A stretch of 40,183 nt of DNA from Ilumatobacteraceae bacterium (GTDB lineage Bacteria > Actinomycetota > Acidimicrobiia > Acidimicrobiales > Ilumatobacteraceae): positions 1-40,183 of the forward strand of contig JALQWV010000062.1 of the NCBI GenBank assembly GCA_023263465.1. The letters are read 5' to 3'. The position numbers were made by a program, and so were the translations under genes. Every line of letters starts with the position of its first letter. Positions within the stretch are counted from its first letter, which is position 1. The notes below the pieces were generated by a model. That model saw nothing but the letters and a program-made list of their open reading frames with translations. It searched no databases and was not told where the DNA came from. This document shows, piece by piece, positions 10,209 to 17,604 of the stretch.

Positions 10209-11354
10209 TTAACCGTTAACTAGTTCGCGCGCAATTGCAGCAACAAGCGCGGCGCGCTCACCCATTTTTGACACCTTGATGTATTCGGTGTCTGCATGCG
10301 CTCCACCACCACAAGCACCAAGGCCGTCGAGAGTTGGTACTCCAATTGCCGCAGTGAAGTTTCCATCCGATCCACCACCTACAGCAATTCCTTGCAAGTC
10401 CTGGATGCCAACCTCTGGTGCTACACGTTTTGCGATTTCATACAGAGCTAGTGCTGCAGACTCATGCATCGGTGGTCGATTGATTGATCCGCTCACCGTT
10501 AACGTTGCACCGAAGACCGTTGGCTTCAGCGCAGCGAAGGCTTGCTCTACGCGCTGTTTTTCTGCGGGAAGATTTACGCGAGTGTCAACCGTAATTTGTG
10601 CGTGTGCTGGCACCACGTTTTCTGTCGTGCCGGCCGTTGCAACAGTTGGAGTCACTGTTGTACCAATTTCTGGTTTTGCAATTGCAGCAATGGCTTGCAC
10701 TTGTGCTGCAAGTTCCATGAGTGCATTAATTCCTTTTTCTGGCTCTAAGCCGGCATGACTGGCACGACCAACAATGTCAACAAGAAAGGTACCCACACCT
10801 TTGCGCGCAATCTTCAACGCATCATTGTTTCCGCTTGGTTCAAGAACCAAAACATTTCCTGTTTCCAGAGCACGAGCCTCAATGAGTTCGCGTGATGTAT
10901 AGGAGCCAATTTCTTCATCGGCTGTAATCAAGATTTCAACATGTTCACACTCGCGAATTTCGCTCATTCCGTAAATGGCTTGAATGATTCCGGCTTTCAT
11001 GTCAAAGATGCCAGGACCTCGTGCGATGTCACCTTCAATGCTGAACCCACGATTTGCAACTGTGCCCTTTGGAAACACGGTGTCGTGGTGACCAACGAAC
11101 AACACCTTGGCATTGTCACCACCCTTCCAATGCACATGCGGGCCTTTTGTGCCAGGAATGATTTCTGGTGCTTTGCCCAACACTTGTGTCATGACGCCAG
11201 CGAGAAACTCTGCGCTGCGCTGCAACAGGTCAGGTTCATTTGATGGCGACTCAAGATCAACGAATTGCTGCACATGATCAAGCATCTGTGCAGTGCGAGT
11301 ATCGAGCACCAGACGCAACTGGGCATTTGTTGGTGACCCTGTTGGCAATGGCAT
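10209..11354 (-). CDS. M20 family metallopeptidase (carboxypeptidase G2-like)
   Basis: 'VGHHDTV', 'GIFDMKAG' and 'ADEEIGS' metal-ligand blocks. Confidence 0.85.
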   Translation of the reverse strand: MPLPTGSPTNAQLRLVLDTRTAQMLDHVQQFVDLESPSNEPDLLQRSAEFLAGVMTQVLGKAPEIIPGTKGPHVHWKGGDNAKVLFVGHHDTVFPKGTVANRGFSIEGDIARGPGIFDMKAGIIQAIYGMSEIRECEHVEILITADEEIGSYTSRELIEARALETGNVLVLEPSGNNDALKIARKGVGTFLVDIVGRASHAGLEPEKGINALMELAAQVQAIAAIAKPEIGTTVTPTVATAGTTENVVPAHAQITVDTRVNLPAEKQRVEQAFAALKPTVFGATLTVSGSINRPPMHESAALALYEIAKRVAPEVGIQDLQGIAVGGGSDGNFTAAIGVPTLDGLGACGGGAHADTEYIKVSKMGERAALVAAIARELVNG

Positions 11355-11408
11355 CTATCTAGTCTGCCCGACAACTAGGACTAACGGAATACCGATTACC
11401 AGTGTTTG

Positions 11409-11493
11409 TGCCCGGGATGAGACTCGAACTCATACGGCTATTTCTAGCCAGGGGGGTTTAAGCCCCCCGCGTCTACCATTCCGCCACCTGGGC
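11409..11493 (-). tRNA. tRNA-Leu (anticodon TAA)
   Basis: Hand-folded. 85 nt. D-arm GTGGCGGAATGGTAGAC, anticodon loop CTTAAAC, long variable arm, T-arm ATGAG-TTCGAGT-CTCAT. One A5:C68 mismatch in the acceptor stem. CCA not encoded. Confidence 0.85.
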
Positions 11494-11503
11494 TTGGGTG
11501 TGT

Positions 11504-11509
11504 AGGTTA
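11504..11509 (-). promoter_or_regulatory. -10 box TAACCT for tRNA-Leu
   Basis: TANNNT lies 10 nt upstream of the mature 5' end. The same hexamer occurs upstream of tRNA-Gln. Confidence 0.4.
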
Positions 11510-11533
11510 GGCGCGATTTATCGCACTTGCGCT

Positions 11534-13408
11534 TTATTGCTGATTAAGAATCTGGTTGACCAAATTGATCAAACTTGGCTCAAGCAGTTTCACTCCCGGC
11601 ATGGATAGATGGTTGTTATCGAGATACAACACTTTTCCGTCTTTTTCAAGCGGGCATTCCGTTGCCGTGCACAACACGGGGAACGGATCATAGAAAAAGG
11701 TTCCCTCGCCGGCGTCTTCTTTCCAGTTTTGAGTTATTGGGTTTGCGACAGCATCTTGCTCGGCTCGCGAAAGTGGTTTCAATTCAGGTTTACGAATTCG
11801 TCGCGGTGAAACATGTCCAGCATTGAACGGATTATCGAGAACAATTAAATGAATTGCGCTTCGCAGTTCAGAAAAACGCGCAAAGGTTTCGGCAATATCT
11901 TTTCGATATGACCTCTCAGTCAATCCATTGTTCGTCTTATATGAATTAACAACCAAATCAAAATTTCCACCGGGAAAACTGTTGTCCTTAATTCGCGAAT
12001 AGTTTTTATCACGACAAACCATGACGCAGGTGGTCAATTGAAAACCTTGCTTCTTCGCATAATCCACAAATACAGGGATGATTTGGTAGGTGTGCGAATC
12101 ACCAAAGAGCAATATCTTTACGGAAGCGGAATCTGGGCCGATTACACACAGTTCACTCCAGAAATCACAGTCGTCCAAAATCGTACTTGGAAACACATTC
12201 CCATATCCTTCACGCGATTTCAACGTCGAAACCTCAAGCCCCCAAAGGACTGTCACGGGAATGACGACCAGCGATACAGCAAGAAATATTTTCTTTTTGA
12301 ACTGAAGCTTTCTTGCGCTCCGAAAAGGTATCTCTACAAATCGATAGGAAAAAACAGCTGGCACGATTGATAAGAGCACGAGCGGCGTCTTGACCATTGC
12401 ATTTGCGGGTTGAAAAACATCCTCGGCAACTGCGACTGCAATCCAATGCCACAAATAGATTGAATACGAACTATTTCCAATGGCTTGAAATACTCGATTC
12501 CCAAAAATTGACTGCCGATTTATCTCCGACTGCGGTAGCGAATAAATCAATGTTGTAGTCGAAAATGCCGTGATGAAACTCACCACAAATTGCGACCACC
12601 CAAGAGCGGGGTAAGCAATCAGTGCGAGAGCGATAGTCACAATTGACAGCGACGAAATAAATGTGAATTTTCGATGAATATGAATGTGCCCGCGCGCTTC
12701 GCGCTGAGAAACAGCGACAGCCACAAGAAGTCCTAACATGAACTCCCAGGCTCTTGTCAGCGTTGAGTAGAAAACGAAAACTGACCGGAACTCCGAGGAA
12801 AACCAGCCCAGTTGACCGTTGTAAATTGTAAGGGCGGAGACCAAAGAGAAAACCCCAAGTACGACAAACCCTGTCTTCCAGACTTGAATCCTGTCGCCAA
12901 AAGGTTTCTTTCTCCCCAGTGCAGCAAATAGCGCAATAAAGAGCGGAAAGGTCAGATAAAACTGCTCCTCTATACCCAGTGACCAAGTGTGGAGGAAAAA
13001 TGTTGCATTTGCATCTTGCAAGAAATAATCCATCTTGTGGAACATGAAAAAGAAATTGCCGTAGCTGAATAAGGCAGCCCGAGCTTGCTCGATGAAAAAA
13101 TCTTGTGATCGGTCGAAGGCTAGGACTGCGTATGCATAAACCGAAGCACCCACAACCATGAATGCAAGCGGTGGGTAAATACGAAAGAATCTCCGCTCAA
13201 AGAACCTGCGAAGTGAAACCTTTCCCGAAGAAGTCTGTTCGTGAACCGTGGTCAAACCGATGACAAAACCCGAAACCACAAAGAACATGTCTACGCCGAC
13301 AAAACCGCCGCTGAACATCCCTATGCCTAAATGGCTAAGCACCACCAACGTGACTGCGACTGCACGGAGGAATTGAATTTCCTTACGAATGCGATGCTCT
13401 GAAGTCAC
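11534..13408 (-). CDS. acyltransferase-3 family membrane O-acyltransferase with C-terminal SGNH domain (OafA/OatA-like)
   Basis: 624 aa. N-terminal multi-TM region with 'LRAVAVTLVVLSHL'; C-terminal 'LLFGDSH' SGNH block. Sampled lines are 35-50% GC, below the flanks. Confidence 0.85.
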   Translation of the reverse strand: MTSEHRIRKEIQFLRAVAVTLVVLSHLGIGMFSGGFVGVDMFFVVSGFVIGLTTVHEQTSSGKVSLRRFFERRFFRIYPPLAFMVVGASVYAYAVLAFDRSQDFFIEQARAALFSYGNFFFMFHKMDYFLQDANATFFLHTWSLGIEEQFYLTFPLFIALFAALGRKKPFGDRIQVWKTGFVVLGVFSLVSALTIYNGQLGWFSSEFRSVFVFYSTLTRAWEFMLGLLVAVAVSQREARGHIHIHRKFTFISSLSIVTIALALIAYPALGWSQFVVSFITAFSTTTLIYSLPQSEINRQSIFGNRVFQAIGNSSYSIYLWHWIAVAVAEDVFQPANAMVKTPLVLLSIVPAVFSYRFVEIPFRSARKLQFKKKIFLAVSLVVIPVTVLWGLEVSTLKSREGYGNVFPSTILDDCDFWSELCVIGPDSASVKILLFGDSHTYQIIPVFVDYAKKQGFQLTTCVMVCRDKNYSRIKDNSFPGGNFDLVVNSYKTNNGLTERSYRKDIAETFARFSELRSAIHLIVLDNPFNAGHVSPRRIRKPELKPLSRAEQDAVANPITQNWKEDAGEGTFFYDPFPVLCTATECPLEKDGKVLYLDNNHLSMPGVKLLEPSLINLVNQILNQQ

Positions 13409-13414
13409 TACTCC

Positions 13415-13420
13415 AGCGTA
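13415..13420 (-). promoter_or_regulatory. -10 box TACGCT for the acyltransferase gene (leaderless)
   Basis: TANNNT ends 6 nt before GTG 13408. Confidence 0.45.
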
Positions 13421-13433
13421 GTTGAGTAGCTAG

Positions 13434-13787
13434 TTACGCAACGCGAGGTTGATCCACGGGAGCATACACATCTACTTCTTGCGTTGCTACGTAACCGTGA
13501 AGTGAAAGTATGGACCACAAAGCTGTGCGCACATGATCGGATGCTGGTGCGTTGAGTTGATTGATTACCACCACACCTTCGATCATGTCGCCAAGGATGG
13601 CAACGAAAGGACGATCGCGAAGCACAACTGCCACCACTCCACCACCTTCACGACGACGGACCGTGCGATTCACGCCAATGACCCGTGGCGGGCTGCGAAA
13701 ACTTGGAGCAAGCAACCCAAATCGCTGGGTTTCACTAGCAATTAAGCGAGCAACAGCTGCAAATTGCATGGTGGTCGAGGTGCTCAT
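13434..13787 (-). CDS. hypothetical protein (117 aa)
   Basis: Only the 3' third of ORF 13434..14456 is non-overlapping. Starts at ATG 13787 (alternative ATG 13769). Sequence 'MQFAAVARLIASETQRFGLLAPSFRSPP...'. Family not recognised. Confidence 0.55.
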   Translation of the reverse strand: MSTSTTMQFAAVARLIASETQRFGLLAPSFRSPPRVIGVNRTVRRREGGGVVAVVLRDRPFVAILGDMIEGVVVINQLNAPASDHVRTALWSILSLHGYVATQEVDVYAPVDQPRVA

Positions 13788-13826
13788 GGCCACAGCATGA
13801 CACACCCATGTGACAGAGTGACCGTG

Positions 13827-14765
13827 ATGTCTGAAACCGAACTCAATGCCATGCAACAGGCCGTTCTTGAGGCATTGGGCAAAGAACCAGACTGGGTGCC
13901 CATTCCCCGCGAAGTCATCGAGGGAATCCGCGCACAACTTCATGACGGACTTGCCGACATTGCCCCACGACTCACGCCCGAAAATGCGCTGTGGGTCAGC
14001 AAACACAAACTCACCACCGTGCACGGTTGCGAAGCCAATCACCTCGCGGGACTCACGGGTTTTGAGTGGACTCTTGGCAATGTGAAAGGAACGGTGTTGC
14101 ACAAAGCCGTTGAGCTTGGTCTCAATTGGCGTGGCGTCATTGTTCCAGCCGATGTTGTAGATGAAGCACTTGCTCAACTTGCCGATGACGAACGCCAGAG
14201 CGCCGGTCCGTTCATTGACCACTTGCCCGCAGGAGACCGCGCGCAACTGCGTAGTTCTGCGATCGATTTGTATACCAAATTTGACGAGTGCTTCCCACCT
14301 CTTAAGGCTGCATGGCGTCCTGTGCTTGAAAGCTCTGCGCGCTATGAAATGTTTGACCAACGCATCAACCTCAGCACTCGCGCAGACCTCACACTCGGCG
14401 CTGTTGGATCCAAGGTCATTATTGATTTGAAGTCCGGACGTGTTCAACCCAACCACCGGGAAGAGCTGCGCTTTTATGCACTCGTTGAAGCCATGCGCAC
14501 TGGTGCTGCACCGCGACGCTTAGCCAGTTACTCGCTGGTTACTGCTCGGGCCGATGTTGAAGACGTTACCGAAGGAGTGTTGCAAGCCGCAGTTCGCAAA
14601 ACCGTTGATGGCGTTCGCAAAATGGTCGAGCTGCAACGTGATGGACGAGAGCCAGAAATTCGCAGCGGGTATTTCTGTTCTTGGTGTCCACTGCTCAACT
14701 CATGTGCCGAGGGCACCAAATACATTGCGCGACGAGACGACCCCGACACTGCTGACGACTTTTAG
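13827..14765 (+). CDS. PD-(D/E)XK nuclease, Cas4/RecB-like, with 4-Cys cluster
   Basis: Nuclease core 'DLTLG...VIIDLKSG'. C-terminal C-x2-C-x5-C 'CSWCPLLNSC' plus N-terminal Cys ('VHGCEANH'), the Cas4/AddB Fe-S pattern. Start trimmed to ATG 13827. Confidence 0.8.
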   Translation: MSETELNAMQQAVLEALGKEPDWVPIPREVIEGIRAQLHDGLADIAPRLTPENALWVSKHKLTTVHGCEANHLAGLTGFEWTLGNVKGTVLHKAVELGLNWRGVIVPADVVDEALAQLADDERQSAGPFIDHLPAGDRAQLRSSAIDLYTKFDECFPPLKAAWRPVLESSARYEMFDQRINLSTRADLTLGAVGSKVIIDLKSGRVQPNHREELRFYALVEAMRTGAAPRRLASYSLVTARADVEDVTEGVLQAAVRKTVDGVRKMVELQRDGREPEIRSGYFCSWCPLLNSCAEGTKYIARRDDPDTADDF

Positions 14766-15397
14766 ATATCACTCATTAGCGCTACGGGAACACCAAGCCC
14801 TACCGCGCCGCGAAAAGTTGCAATCAATCTGTTTTTCTGCACCGCTGGTTTTGGTGGGCTCAACACATCGGGGCCAAGGAATGTGGCCACTTCGTTTACG
14901 TCTGCGACGTTTAGAACGAAACCCCACAGCGATGCACTGCCTGTCGAAATTGATGGTGCAGACACAATTTCAACGATGACTTCGCCAAGTCTGTGAAATC
15001 CCTGGCGCATTCCATTTCCTGCATCACGAATTCGTTTCAACTCTGCGCCAGTTGCTTCATGCAGTGCGCGAGAGGTTCGTTCCAAGTCGGGAGTATTCAC
15101 GACAACATGATCTACACCGAGCGGCTTCAACACGAACTCATTCGATTCAACTGCTGCAAGTTGAGTTCTGACCGGAACTTGTGTAGTGGGAATTCCATCA
15201 ATTGATGAAACGGCGGATCCAATATTGCTCAGCGACCAGGAATGAAGCCCCGGCAACAACAATTCATCAATACGCAACACGAGTCCACCAACGGCAAACA
15301 CACCGTCGCGAGAAAAGTTGATTCCCACCTGCGCCCAATTGGCGCGGGAACCACCGATGACCAATTCACTTATTCGTGCCGAACCCATTTCAGGCAC
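14762..15397 (-). CDS. VOC (glyoxalase/bleomycin-resistance/dioxygenase) family protein
   Basis: 'GVDHVVVNTPDLERTSRALHEATGAEL' VOC module. 211 aa. GTG start 14 nt after the bL37 stop. Confidence 0.75.
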   Translation of the reverse strand: MPEMGSARISELVIGGSRANWAQVGINFSRDGVFAVGGLVLRIDELLLPGLHSWSLSNIGSAVSSIDGIPTTQVPVRTQLAAVESNEFVLKPLGVDHVVVNTPDLERTSRALHEATGAELKRIRDAGNGMRQGFHRLGEVIVEIVSAPSISTGSASLWGFVLNVADVNEVATFLGPDVLSPPKPAVQKNRLIATFRGAVGLGVPVALMSDI

Positions 15398-15411
15398 GCC
15401 AGCGCTATTGC

Positions 15412-15498
15412 TCAGCCACGCCCCATGTTTGGACGCTTACCGTGGTTGGCCTTCGAGCGACGCATCTTGGCTTTTTTCTTCTTGGTCTTCTTCGACAT
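15412..15498 (-). CDS. 50S ribosomal protein bL37 (28-aa micro-ORF, not in the ORF track)
   Basis: My translation is ATG..TGA = MSKKTKKKKAKMRRSKANHGKRPNMGRG. It is highly basic and has the 'ANHGKRPN' core I recall from actinobacterial bL37. A TAGCAT box lies 9 nt upstream. Confidence 0.6.
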   Translation of the reverse strand: MSKKTKKKKAKMRRSKANHGKRPNMGRG

Positions 15499-15507
15499 AG
15501 TCCCGTC

Positions 15508-15513
15508 ATGCTA
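15508..15513 (-). promoter_or_regulatory. -10 box TAGCAT for bL37-VOC
   Basis: TANNNT ends 9 nt before ATG 15498. Confidence 0.4.
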
Positions 15514-15539
15514 ACGGACAATCTCGCCATTTCCGATGG

Positions 15540-16934
15540 TTACGCCCTGCGCCACCGCGCCCTTCCGCCAGAGTACGGCACACCAGATGCATCAGTTTTT
15601 GAGCACACATACGTAGTTGGTGTCGTGCTTCCGCTCAATGTGTAATAGCCAAGCGCACCTTCGGGCGAGCAATACGAGCCCGGATTTATTTGCGAAGTCG
15701 TACCAGATGACGTGGTATTTGCTGTGGTCGTCGAGTTTGTCGCGGACGATGGTGGATTCGTGACCACGGTTGTTCCGCCCGAAATAGTTGGCAGATTTGG
15801 AATTGGCGCGATATTCAATGAGACACAAGTCGATTGCAACAGATTTTTTATGCGTCCGTACTCGCTTGAGTCCATAGACAAGCCCCACCGAACCTTCACC
15901 GCAATCCAGTTACCCAAATAGGTGCACGTATACGACTGCAAAGGCGGCAACCAATTTGAAGGATCCTTATCGCTCTTTGACTGATTTACCGAGTCGGTCA
16001 CTGCCAACAACGTTCGACTATCTGACGTGTCGTTTGCATAGGCTTTTCGCTGCGCGGCGCTCCATGCCCAGGCGCCAGAGTCCCACGCTTCCTTGAGAGC
16101 GACGACGTGGTCGATATCAATATCCGATGGATTGCTCCACCTTGCTCCGTCGTACGGAGAAACCCAGTCACCAGCAACTACATTGCAGTTCACCGGGTCT
16201 ACTTGTGGCAATGAAATGCTGTCTCGCTTCAACACTTGATCGCGAGAATCGCATCCGTCTCCGTCAACATCACGCCAATGTTCAAACAATGCTCGGTCAT
16301 AGCCAACTTGGTGTTCATTTTCAACGCGAATCGTTTGCAGTAACGCAAGCGCACTTCCTACTACGACCGACTTAGCCGTCGTTGTCGTTGTATTGATGCT
16401 CGCAGGTGGTGAATAAATGCTGGAACTAGTTGCTGGAGTAGTGCACTGGCGCATGAATACGGATTTCACTGCAGTGAGCTCGCGCTGATCCATCGCGAGC
16501 CCCCATTTTGTTTTCACCGAAACCCAATTACTCAAGTAGGCGCACGTGCTTTCCTTTGCACTGGGCATCCAACCAGCGGGATCTTTATCGCCGCGTTGCT
16601 GCGAACTGTGTGCAAGCACCAACGCCAGTATGGAAACTTCGGCTTGGTCGTTGACGAAACTTCTCCGTTTCGCCGAGCTCCACGCCCACGCACCCGACTC
16701 CCAGGCTTCACGAACGGTCACAACATTTGCCACGCTCATGACAGGTATCGATCTATTTGCCGTACCTGTAAAGAGTGACTGCCTGAAACCCGCAGTTCTT
16801 TCGTTTGCTACTTTCATCGTGGTCAATTGACTAAGCGTTGCTGAATCATTTGAGCGAGGCTGAGCAACGGCCACAGAGGAAACGCTGATTGCCAGAACGA
16901 CAATTACGCCATGAACCGAAAGGCGCCACTTCAT
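15540..16934 (-). CDS. secreted tandem DUF1524 / His-Me finger (HNH-like) nuclease; first copy degenerate
   Basis: Signal peptide 'MKWRLSVHGVIVVLAISVSSVAVAQP'. The active copy has 'DIDIDHVVALKEAWDSGAWAW...NQSKSDKDPSNWLP'. An upstream paralogous copy lacks the DH and N residues. Thr/Ser-rich linkers. A 45-aa C-terminal 2-Cys module. Confidence 0.8.
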   Translation of the reverse strand: MKWRLSVHGVIVVLAISVSSVAVAQPRSNDSATLSQLTTMKVANERTAGFRQSLFTGTANRSIPVMSVANVVTVREAWESGAWAWSSAKRRSFVNDQAEVSILALVLAHSSQQRGDKDPAGWMPSAKESTCAYLSNWVSVKTKWGLAMDQRELTAVKSVFMRQCTTPATSSSIYSPPASINTTTTTAKSVVVGSALALLQTIRVENEHQVGYDRALFEHWRDVDGDGCDSRDQVLKRDSISLPQVDPVNCNVVAGDWVSPYDGARWSNPSDIDIDHVVALKEAWDSGAWAWSAAQRKAYANDTSDSRTLLAVTDSVNQSKSDKDPSNWLPPLQSYTCTYLGNWIAVKVRWGLSMDSSEYGRIKNLLQSTCVSLNIAPIPNLPTISGGTTVVTNPPSSATNSTTTANTTSSGTTSQINPGSYCSPEGALGYYTLSGSTTPTTYVCSKTDASGVPYSGGRARWRRA

Positions 16935-16947
16935 AGGATCACCCTAC

Positions 16948-17202
16948 CTATTGTGAAATCAGTGGTACATCCATCTCAATGAATATGCATTCGCCTGGGC
17001 AGACTTCGGCAGCTTTTACAACATCAATTTGATTTTTTTCTTCAACTATTGCGAGACTTCCCGAACTTCCCGGATCGTTGAGCGTCACGCCACCTTGGGC
17101 TACATAAGCGATTCCGTCTTCTAGCTGCACAAAGACATCAGGACAGTGGTCCACGCACAAGCCGTCGCCCGTACACAAGTCTTGATCGATCCACACGCGC
17201 AC
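16948..17202 (-). CDS. small single-cluster ferredoxin
   Basis: 84 aa. 'CTGDGLCVDHCP' plus distal 'CPGECI'. GTG start 9 nt after the MauE stop. Confidence 0.85.
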   Translation of the reverse strand: MRVWIDQDLCTGDGLCVDHCPDVFVQLEDGIAYVAQGGVTLNDPGSSGSLAIVEEKNQIDVVKAAEVCPGECIFIEMDVPLISQ

Positions 17203-17211
17203 GCCTGCACG

Positions 17212-17604
17212 CTAACGAATGAGCGCGGAAACCAAGATGGCGAGCATCAACAAATTTCGCACAATATTGCTCCCGCCAATTGGCCTTGTGGAGCGAAAGC
17301 TCAGGCATGCGCAGGGCGGTCTGTCCCCTGCAGCCAGTCGGAGAGCCAACAATGCAGTGAAACTTGATAGTGCCACTATCGAGGCGACGAGAACGACACT
17401 TACAGCCAACCCTGCAATTAGCAACGAACCCAAAATTATTTCAATATAAGGAACTGCTGGAATTGCAAACGAAGGAGCTCCCAGTCGCTTCGCTTGTGCT
17501 GGCCACATCTCACGCGCAATGAATTTCTGCACTCCAGCGAAAATGAAAATCACGCCAATGGTCGCCGACATCCACCAATCCAACGAAAAAAGATGTTCAT
17601 TCAT
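17212..17604 (-). CDS. MauE/DoxX-family membrane protein
   Basis: 130 aa, 4 TM. 'FIFAGVQKF', a C-x-C 'PPCACLSF' and 'IVRNLLML' match the MauE pattern. ATG shares one base with the flavin reductase stop (TAATG). Confidence 0.7.
   Translation of the reverse strand: MNEHLFSLDWWMSATIGVIFIFAGVQKFIAREMWPAQAKRLGAPSFAIPAVPYIEIILGSLLIAGLAVSVVLVASIVALSSFTALLALRLAAGDRPPCACLSFRSTRPIGGSNIVRNLLMLAILVSALIR

Noticed and set aside
11355-13433. A classical tRNA-targeted integrative island carrying the acyltransferase
   Set aside because: There is no integrase and no direct repeat of the tRNA 3' end that I could see. The acyltransferase lies on the 5' side of tRNA-Leu rather than the 3' side, where integrases usually insert. 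I kept it only as a compositional observation.
13788-14456. The upstream two thirds of the 340-aa minus-strand ORF 13434..14456, antisense to the PD-(D/E)XK nuclease gene
   Set aside because: The plus-strand frame carries clear nuclease and Fe-S motifs. The antisense translation has no recognisable features. Only the non-overlapping 3' 117 codons look like a gene, so the rest is a shadow ORF.
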